Shown: positions 33,258-37,515 of the stretch, one piece after another | How positions within the stretch are numbered: the stretch's first letter is position 1 | How the letters are laid out: each line of letters opens with the position of its first letter | DNA from: a virus | Direction: 5' to 3' (one strand) | Length of the DNA stretch: 37,515 bases | Virus record (IMG/VR): IMGVR_UViG_3300025326_000008 | The notes under the pieces: generated by a model | Told to the model about the DNA's origin: nothing | The model's database searches: none | What the model saw: only the letters and a program-made list of their open reading frames with translations | Program-made: the position numbers and the translations under genes

Positions 33258-33428
33258 TTATTTATTATCCTCACCCCTAGCCTCTATCACATCTTTAGAA
33301 TCTGCCCAACCCTTTATTGTCATCCATTCTTCTTTGCCACAACTTTCAATTGTAGGGATTGGTGCTTCACAAACTCTTACAAAACTACCATCGTATTTCC
33401 AAATATGTTTGTGTTGTTTCTTTTTCAT
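33258..33428 (-). CDS. Possible small protein (56 aa, MKKKQHKHIWKYDGSFVRVCEAPIPTIESCGKEEW...)
   Basis: Hand translation. ATG 18 nt after the upstream stop. Confidence 0.35.
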   Translation of the reverse strand: MKKKQHKHIWKYDGSFVRVCEAPIPTIESCGKEEWMTIKGWADSKDVIEARGEDNK

Positions 33429-33446
33429 TCTTAGTAAATCAGGGTG

Positions 33447-33602
33447 TTATCCATCAAAGCGTATATAATGATAAGGTCTAAGACAATTTGCACAATACTT
33501 TGGTATTTCTTTTCCCAACCAAAAAGGTGAAGTTTCATTTACTTGCCACGCACAATCACAATATTTTACTTTTTTATATTTAACTACTTTTGGTATTTTC
33601 AT
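33447..33602 (-). CDS. Possible small zinc-ribbon protein (51 aa, ...KYCDCAWQ...KYCANCLRPY...)
   Basis: Hand translation. Strong SD (TAAGGAGAGAAA-ATG) that overlaps the stop of the 288-aa gene. Confidence 0.5.
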   Translation of the reverse strand: MKIPKVVKYKKVKYCDCAWQVNETSPFWLGKEIPKYCANCLRPYHYIRFDG

Positions 33603-33611
33603 TTTCTCTCC

Positions 33612-34478
33612 TTATCCTCTATACTTCTTTAAATCCTGTTTTGTTCCCTTCCAGAGAATTTTTGCTTTCGGGCCACCCAGTAAGTACCAATTAGTTCCAT
33701 CTGTTGTCCCCACAAGCCCCATCTTCCACAATTTGACTGCGGATTTGAATGGATAGCCTTTTTCTTTAACCTTTGAACAATACTTCCACTTCTTAATTCC
33801 TTTGTATAGAGAGCCGTTATAGGCCCTAACCGAGTCCCAAACCGAGGCCCCAACCGAGTCCCTAACCGAGGCCCTAACCGAGTCCCAAACCGAGGCCCCA
33901 ACCGAGTCCCTAACCGAGGCCCAAACCGAGTCCCAAACCGAGTCCCAAACCGAGTCCCCAACCGAGTCCCTAACCGAGGCCCCAACCGAGTCCCTAACCG
34001 AGGCCCAAACCGAGGCCCCAACCGAGTCCCCAACCGAGTCCCTAACCGAGGCCCAAACCGAGTCCCCAACCGAGTCCCACTTCGCCAAGAGTTTAAGATG
34101 TCTTGTACTTATCTTTGGAGGTTTAATCCTAAAAGGATGGATGGGTTTAATTGCTTCTTTTAGATTGATTCTTGAATAAACTAATTTCTGCCACTTTTTA
34201 CAAGCGTCATAACAAGGTTTCTCATAACTTTTATCTAACCAAGAGGGTGTAACCGCTTCGTCAATCTTAAATACCCACTTTTGTTTTGGGTTAAGATAAT
34301 TGCCATCTTTGGGGTTGATTTCAATTCTTGCAAAAGTGTTTTCAGGAGGCATTACATCATCTTTTAACTCTTTGTCTTTTTTGACATACAAAGTCTGGAG
34401 TTCATCGTGAGAATCTACTCCTCCTTTCCAATATACTTTTTTACTTTTGGTTATTAAAATACTTACAGCCTTACACAT
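33612..34478 (-). CDS. Protein with 21 consecutive (D/A)SV(R/W/G) tetrapeptide repeats (288 aa)
   Basis: ORF track. An N-terminal domain of 134 aa, the repeat block, then a basic C-terminal domain of about 70 aa (YNGSLYKGIKKWKY...WYLLGGPKAKILWKG). GAAAGGA motif upstream of the ATG. Confidence 0.7.
   Translation of the reverse strand: MCKAVSILITKSKKVYWKGGVDSHDELQTLYVKKDKELKDDVMPPENTFARIEINPKDGNYLNPKQKWVFKIDEAVTPSWLDKSYEKPCYDACKKWQKLVYSRINLKEAIKPIHPFRIKPPKISTRHLKLLAKWDSVGDSVWASVRDSVGDSVGASVWASVRDSVGASVRDSVGDSVWDSVWDSVWASVRDSVGASVWDSVRASVRDSVGASVWDSVRAYNGSLYKGIKKWKYCSKVKEKGYPFKSAVKLWKMGLVGTTDGTNWYLLGGPKAKILWKGTKQDLKKYRG
33825..34076 (-). repeat. 21 x 12-nt perfect-register tandem repeat: coding strand G[A/C]C TCG GTT [A/T/G]GG
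   Basis: All 21 units were parsed by hand. On the plus strand each is CC[T/A/C]AACCGAG[T/G]C. Ten of 12 positions are invariant, including every synonymous third position. Confidence 0.95.
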
Positions 34479-34518
34479 TTTTATAATTTCTTATCCTTTC
34501 GTTATTAAAGACTTTAGT

Positions 34519-34610
34519 GGTGCGGGTAAACCTGTAATGTTGCCTTTCGGCCCTGCACAGGAACCCTCAGTAAATTACGTCAGGCCTGATAATTTTCTAT
34601 TACCCGCACC
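34519..34610 (-). ncRNA. Candidate structured RNA or regulatory element closed by an 11-bp helix
   Basis: ggtgcgggtaa (34519-34529) pairs perfectly with ttacccgcacc (34600-34610). Inside are a cctgt/acagg helix (34531-35 with 34557-61), a gcc-GAAA-ggc hairpin (the loop is GNRA only on the minus strand), and the 10-nt palindrome tcaggcctga (34580-34589). It lies in the intergenic gap before the repeat-protein gene. Confidence 0.35.
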
Positions 34611-34619
34611 CCAAAATCC

Positions 34620-34781
34620 TCAACTTACAATCCAAAATAATCCCCCTATTGACGTAATTATAAGTACAAATCCTAAGAAAATTGCTATTACATCATGGTC
34701 ATCTTCGGCCGTGGCTATATTATAAAGCACTATTACAGAGAAAATTGCGAATGGTATGAAGCCGAGAAATTTAGGTATCAT
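34620..34781 (-). CDS. Possible small two-TM protein (53 aa, MIPKFLGFIPFAIFSVIVLYNI...IAIFLGFVLIITSIGGLFWIVS)
   Basis: Hand translation. ATGA overlap with the upstream small ORF. Confidence 0.4.
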   Translation of the reverse strand: MIPKFLGFIPFAIFSVIVLYNIATAEDDHDVIAIFLGFVLIITSIGGLFWIVS

Positions 34782-34933
34782 TTAAGTTTCAACTCACCTT
34801 CAAAGGCACCATACAGTTTAATTTTCCCATTATCCTCGTAAACAAACTCGTCAGTTGCATCTATTGTTTTACCGACTAATTCTGGATAACCAAAGGCTTT
34901 CTTAAAATGTATTTTGTAATCTTGTATTTTCAT
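34778..34933 (-). CDS. Possible small soluble protein (51 aa, MKIQDYKIHFKKAFGYPELVGK...)
   Basis: Hand translation. ATGA overlaps at both ends. Confidence 0.4.
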   Translation of the reverse strand: MKIQDYKIHFKKAFGYPELVGKTIDATDEFVYEDNGKIKLYGAFEGELKLK

Positions 34934-35001
34934 TTTAGTCTGTCAATTATAACTACAAGTAAAACTACTACTGCTATTATTATTATAAACAGGGGTGTCA
35001 T
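34930..35001 (-). CDS. Possible 23-aa TM micropeptide (MTPLFIIIIAVVVLLVVIIDRLK)
   Basis: Hand translation. ATGA overlaps with both neighbours. Very short, so speculative. Confidence 0.2.
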   Translation of the reverse strand: MTPLFIIIIAVVVLLVVIIDRLK

Positions 35002-35309
35002 TTTCGGTTGGTTATAATCCCTTCTAAATAATCTTCCATTTGTTTGCCGGTCCACCTTGTGCAACAAAATTCTATCTTTTCATGGCAAGGTTGGCAGGCG
35101 AGTACAACCCTTCTTAAATCCGTAACTTCCCGGCGTTTCTTTGTATGTGCAAATCCTAGAAAATTATCGTGCTTACACCCTTCTAAGTTAAGCTCGCAAG
35201 TTGTAATTCCTTTTGCTTCAAAATCCTTTTTAAGTTGCTTTCGTATTCTATTCCAAATTTGTACCTTACTCAATTTAACTTGTTTAAGTGGTTTAGGTAC
35301 GGGTATCAT
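34998..35309 (-). CDS. Zinc-binding HNH/NinG-like nuclease-like protein (103 aa)
   Basis: TCELNLEGCKHDNFLGFAHTKKRRE ... VVLACQPCHEKIE follows a Cx5-6C ... H ... CxxCH arrangement. Confidence 0.45.
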   Translation of the reverse strand: MIPVPKPLKQVKLSKVQIWNRIRKQLKKDFEAKGITTCELNLEGCKHDNFLGFAHTKKRREVTDLRRVVLACQPCHEKIEFCCTRWTGKQMEDYLEGIITNRK

Positions 35310-35337
35310 TTAATTATTGTTGCTTCGTAACTCATAT

Positions 35338-35805
35338 TTATATATTTTTACCACAAGTCCACCTGACAAAACTCATTCCGTCATTAACAAACATCCGGTA
35401 AGCGTAATCAGTTGAACATTTAACGTCTGTGGCACACCAATCGCTTACGTGAGGGTGATATACATTATTTATTTGCCAGTATCCTCTATCTACCCCCACC
35501 CCACCCCAAATTCTATTATCATTTTTTGCATTGGGATTAAGTGTTTTATTCTCACACTCAAGTAGTTTAAGTGCTTCTTCGGCATCGGCTCCGAATTTAT
35601 ATCTTATATAGCCTTTAATATCTGTGGGAACCGGTATTACCCCTACAGTTATTACTTCAGAGGTAATATGAGTCGTTGTATCGAGTTGAGGGGCTTCTTG
35701 GGCCAGTACACGAGTCTTGGGTGCGTGTTGGATGTCATATCCCACTACCGCAGTTAAAATCATGACGGTTATGAATATGTTTCTAATAATTGTACTTGTT
35801 GTCAT
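35338..35805 (-). CDS. Lytic transglycosylase (SLT/lysozyme-like) with an N-terminal signal anchor
   Basis: LLECENKTLNPNAKNDN ... GVDRGYWQINNVYH resembles the SLT catalytic-Glu and GLMQI-like motifs. N-terminal TM IIRNIFITVMILTAVVGY. ATG 35805 is preferred over the GTG at 35832. Confidence 0.7.
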   Translation of the reverse strand: MTTSTIIRNIFITVMILTAVVGYDIQHAPKTRVLAQEAPQLDTTTHITSEVITVGVIPVPTDIKGYIRYKFGADAEEALKLLECENKTLNPNAKNDNRIWGGVGVDRGYWQINNVYHPHVSDWCATDVKCSTDYAYRMFVNDGMSFVRWTCGKNI

Positions 35806-35987
35806 ATAAGGCCGGATAATCAAACCTCTCACAGTTACAATTATCCAGGCCTAGGTGTAGTAGTGGGCGAGTCCTCCACACTAGCTTTGGCCTTATATAT
35901 CAACGAGTTATAATTACAAAGAGCAAAATTATAATAGCTATCCAAATAAATAAAAAGTTAAATAAATCCCAATTATCATTCAACCAG

Positions 35988-36188
35988 TTACTCGTTCGAT
36001 TCATCATAGTCTTTTTGACTTGCATATCCTTCTTTGTATTTACTTGTTTGTTCGGCAAAGTCTTCTTGAAAGCAAGTCATACATTGTGTGTATTCCCGGT
36101 TGTTGCCGTGTCTATCTATTCCGTACTTTCTAAACTTACGGCCGCACTTACATACTATAATCGGATTTTCTTTAAATGCTTGTATCAT
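35988..36188 (-). CDS. Small zinc-ribbon protein (66 aa)
   Basis: ORF track. CKCGRKF ... CMTC. Confidence 0.5.
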   Translation of the reverse strand: MIQAFKENPIIVCKCGRKFRKYGIDRHGNNREYTQCMTCFQEDFAEQTSKYKEGYASQKDYDESNE

Positions 36189-36339
36189 GTTTTTTGTTGT
36201 TATCTATACACCACTTGAGTCCGTCAATTTTGCCTTGTCTATAAAAACTCTTTAACCAAGACTCCGCCATTTCTTTTTGGTGTTCCGGCAATTCCAATGA
36301 CCATATATCTTTAATTGCTTCCTTGATTTGTTTTTTCAT
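36172..36339 (-). CDS. Possible small protein (55 aa, MKKQIKEAIKDIWSLELPEHQKEMAESW...)
   Basis: Hand translation. ATGA overlap with the upstream stop and a 17-nt overlap with the next gene. Confidence 0.35.
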   Translation of the reverse strand: MKKQIKEAIKDIWSLELPEHQKEMAESWLKSFYRQGKIDGLKWCIDNNKKHDTSI

Positions 36340-36773
36340 TCTTTCCATTCGTCTATCGGATCTACATCAATCTTTTGTTGTGTCAATTCGGCTACTCTAC
36401 TCTCATAACTTTCAGGCGAACATATAAATTTACATCCGGTTGTCGTCCTAGTAGTAAAGTCATAGTGTCCGTTTTCGCAAGTCCAATAAGTCTTACCGTC
36501 TTTCTTGCTTACTATAATTTTTAACTTGCCGCTATCTACCGGACAAAGTTTGCCGGTTACATATTCTATTTCCTTTTTGGCACCAAACACGGCTCTCAAT
36601 TGCGGTTTGTAGCCTAAAGTTTCTAATTTGTTTTCAAGTGCGGTTATCTTGGCTAAAAGTACCTCACCGGACATTTCTCTTAAAGTGAATAAAGTGTTAT
36701 ATCCTTTTGGCGTGACTACACTTAGCGTGGCACTTGCCGGGGCTTCACCGATAATGTTTGTTTGGTCTTTCAT
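36336..36773 (-). CDS. Hypothetical early protein with a C-terminal topoisomerase-type zinc-ribbon-like motif (145 aa)
   Basis: GKLCPVDSGKLKIIVSKKDGKTYWTCENGHYDF...GCKFIC. Likely nucleic-acid binding. Function unknown. Confidence 0.5.
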   Translation of the reverse strand: MKDQTNIIGEAPASATLSVVTPKGYNTLFTLREMSGEVLLAKITALENKLETLGYKPQLRAVFGAKKEIEYVTGKLCPVDSGKLKIIVSKKDGKTYWTCENGHYDFTTRTTTGCKFICSPESYESRVAELTQQKIDVDPIDEWKE

Positions 36774-36967
36774 GTTATTTTTTCAGCATCCAAGTTTGGC
36801 ATAGCGTCTTGTAGTCTTTCTCTATTTTCTTCTCTCTTAACTATCTGCCAGAGTCTTTGTGAACTTAATTGATATTTGTGTACCATTTCTATATAACTTA
36901 GACCCGCTTTAAAGTCGTTGTAAATCGCTTCGTTTCTTGTGGTTTCTTCTTGTGTTGCGTGTCCCAT
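36770..36967 (-). CDS. Small HTH DNA-binding protein (65 aa), candidate regulator
   Basis: LSYIEMVHKYQLSSQRLWQIVKRE looks like a sigma region 4/HTH motif. It is the first gene after a near-consensus promoter. Confidence 0.45.
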   Translation of the reverse strand: MGHATQEETTRNEAIYNDFKAGLSYIEMVHKYQLSSQRLWQIVKREENRERLQDAMPNLDAEKIT

Positions 36968-36974
36968 GATTAGT

Positions 36975-37002
36975 ATTATAAAGACTATTTAAAGTTTGTC
37001 AA
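36975..37002 (-). promoter_or_regulatory. Near-consensus sigma70 promoter 7 nt upstream of the ATG (leaderless candidate)
   Basis: Minus strand: TTGACA (37002..36997), 16-nt spacer, TATAAT (36980..36975), then actaatc and ATG 36967. Confidence 0.6.
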
Positions 37003-37014
37003 TAGGCAAGTTGT

Positions 37015-37161
37015 CTAGCCTTGGTTATCGCTTGGATAAACCTTGCGGCATTTAAGACAATAAAGGCGGTGTCCGGTAGGAAAAGGTATTCTTGTACCGC
37101 AACCTTTACAATATTTAGTTTTATACCTTGTAAGTTCGGCTTTGGTTAGTTTTTCATTCAT
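37015..37161 (-). CDS. Small zinc-ribbon protein (48 aa from MNEKLTKAEL)
   Basis: YCKGCGTRIPFP...YCLKCRKVY. ATG 37161 gives an 8-nt overlap with the upstream gene. The track ORF extends to ATG 37203, a 50-nt overlap. Confidence 0.45.
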   Translation of the reverse strand: MNEKLTKAELTRYKTKYCKGCGTRIPFPTGHRLYCLKCRKVYPSDNQG

Positions 37162-37351
37162 TGAATAGTTTTTTTGCAATCTCTGGCGTAACCAACCCGG
37201 CATCGGGGTCTACCCAATCAGGGGAACCACTAATGAAGGTGATTATTTTGGGAAGCAATTTGGTTTTGAATCTAAACACGAAAGCCGGATCCCATTTAGA
37301 AGGTGGCCTGTTATAACAAAAGTCTAATCCTTTAAGTAATTCATCTTTCAT
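37154..37351 (-). CDS. Hypothetical protein (65 aa)
   Basis: ORF track. ATG at 37351. Confidence 0.5.
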   Translation of the reverse strand: MKDELLKGLDFCYNRPPSKWDPAFVFRFKTKLLPKIITFISGSPDWVDPDAGLVTPEIAKKLFNE

Positions 37352-37362
37352 TTTAGTAGCAC

Positions 37363-37391
37363 TTGACCGACTTGACTGCCAATGATATACT
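37363..37391 (+). promoter_or_regulatory. Plus-strand promoter of cassette F (same extended -10 motif as cassettes A-E)
   Basis: TTGACC (37363-37368), 17-nt spacer ending aaTGA, TATACT (37386-37391). A perfect direct repeat ACTTGAC-cg-ACTTGAC spans the -35 region. Confidence 0.5.
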
Positions 37392-37515
37392 TTGTGCTAG
37401 ATATCCAAGGGCCGGTACAGTCCTTTAACGCAGAACTTAAATACCGGCCTTTTTTAATATCTTCTTTCTAAATACATCACCTAACTTGGTCATATTGTCG
37501 AGGTAATTATCCATG
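37389..37515. repeat. 127-bp terminal overlap, copy 2 (identical to 1..127)
   Basis: See copy 1. Bases 37437..37515 duplicate the 3' part of gene 49..399. Confidence 0.9.
37410..37455 (+). terminator. Plus-strand intrinsic-terminator-like hairpin of cassette F
   Basis: ggccggta (37410-37417) pairs with taccggcc (37442-37449), followed by T6 (37450-37455). It starts about 12 nt downstream of the predicted TSS. The 24-nt loop is large for a terminator. Confidence 0.45.

Noticed and set aside
33629-34069. 146-aa ORF reading the 12-nt repeat in another frame (GTRLGPRFGTRLG...).
   Set aside because: It is a frame-shifted shadow of the repeat. The 288-aa frame has proper N- and C-terminal domains and an SD-like start context, and it is coupled to the downstream small ORF.
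33825-34076. CRISPR array or DGR variable region as an explanation for the 12-nt repeats.
   Set aside because: The units are contiguous with no spacers, and they are in frame within a gene. No cas genes or reverse transcriptase are present, and no template-repeat copy exists elsewhere. The variation is not adenine-specific.
34519-34610. Possibility that the 92-nt element is a tRNA (its GC-rich terminal helix looks like an acceptor stem).
   Set aside because: On neither strand is there a T-loop (GTTCRANNC-like) or a D-arm consensus, and the internal helices do not give a cloverleaf. No other tRNA-like sequence was seen in the intergenic regions.
34447-34725. 92-aa plus-strand ORF spanning the 11-bp-helix element.
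   Set aside because: It runs antisense through the starts and ends of minus-strand genes, has a P/N/I-rich composition and has no expression signals.
35894-35902. TGATATATA extended -10-like motif upstream of the SLT gene, as a possible seventh cassette.
   Set aside because: There is no acceptable -35 and no downstream hairpin plus U-tract. The leader has only weak imperfect helices. It is at best a weak ordinary promoter.
562-36218. Plus-strand ORFs in the track that lie inside minus-strand genes. Examples: 562..798, 1282..1626, 1325..1564, 2896..3117, 3438..3647, 5613..5873, 6079..6375, 7635..7826, 8971..9210, 9228..9581, 9948..10160, 11490..11762, 11817..12113, 12903..13301, 13371..13634, 17796..18026, 19590..19913, 19790..20239, 21202..21501, 21664..21885, 22421..22627, 22952..23164, 23521..23703, 23633..23977, 24905..25087, 25160..25354, 26467..26664, 26917..27144, 27410..27631, 31985..32212, 32693..32992, 35044..35313, 36015..36218.
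   Set aside because: They are antisense shadows of longer, motif-bearing minus-strand genes. They have odd composition (rich in L/S/F/C/P), no promoter or RBS context, and mostly non-ATG or arbitrary starts.
1-37515. Temperate lifestyle or prophage features (integrase, att sites, CI/Cro switch).
   Set aside because: No tyrosine or serine recombinase motifs and no repressor-like HTH pair or divergent switch region were recognised. The lone plus-strand gene encodes a membrane protein, not a repressor.

Overview
The window is a complete, circularly closed tailed-phage genome. Bases 1-127 repeat exactly at 37389-37515, so the unique length is 37388 bp.

Gene layout: all convincing genes but one lie on the minus strand. 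They are tightly packed, with many ATGA/GTGA stop-start overlaps, and TGA serves as a stop, so the code is standard. Reading the minus strand from high to low coordinates:
- a block of small early proteins, many of them zinc ribbons, plus a small HTH protein
- an SLT-type transglycosylase
- a protein with 21 perfect tetrapeptide repeats
- small and large terminase
- a GT-A glycosyltransferase
- portal, scaffold and an HK97/N4-gp56-like major capsid protein
- a Ser/Thr-rich repeat protein
- a seven-gene sugar-activation and glycosyltransfer island (CMP-sugar synthetase, formyltransferase, methyltransferase, COG4310 aminopeptidase-like protein, three transferases)
- a 407-aa Q-rich protein and a 1318-aa internal-virion-like protein
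- tail and tail-fibre genes
- a lysis cluster (M23 peptidase plus several membrane proteins)
- a metallophosphoesterase
- three free-standing HNH endonucleases interspersed among these

Not found: DNA polymerase, primase/helicase, recombinase, integrase, repressor, RNA polymerase, tRNA or CRISPR array.

Most interesting observations:
1. Six copies of a cassette consisting of a promoter with a TGATATA-type extended -10, a 50-72 nt leader and an intrinsic terminator. Several terminators directly abut late-gene start codons.
2. The glycosylation island beside the S/T-rich repeat protein.
3. A 252-bp array of a 12-nt coding repeat with only two variable positions per unit.
4. Several -10 boxes 6-8 nt from ATGs, suggesting leaderless mRNAs.
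5. Two ORF-poor, highly structured intergenic elements.

All family calls come from motif recognition by eye. No searches were run.
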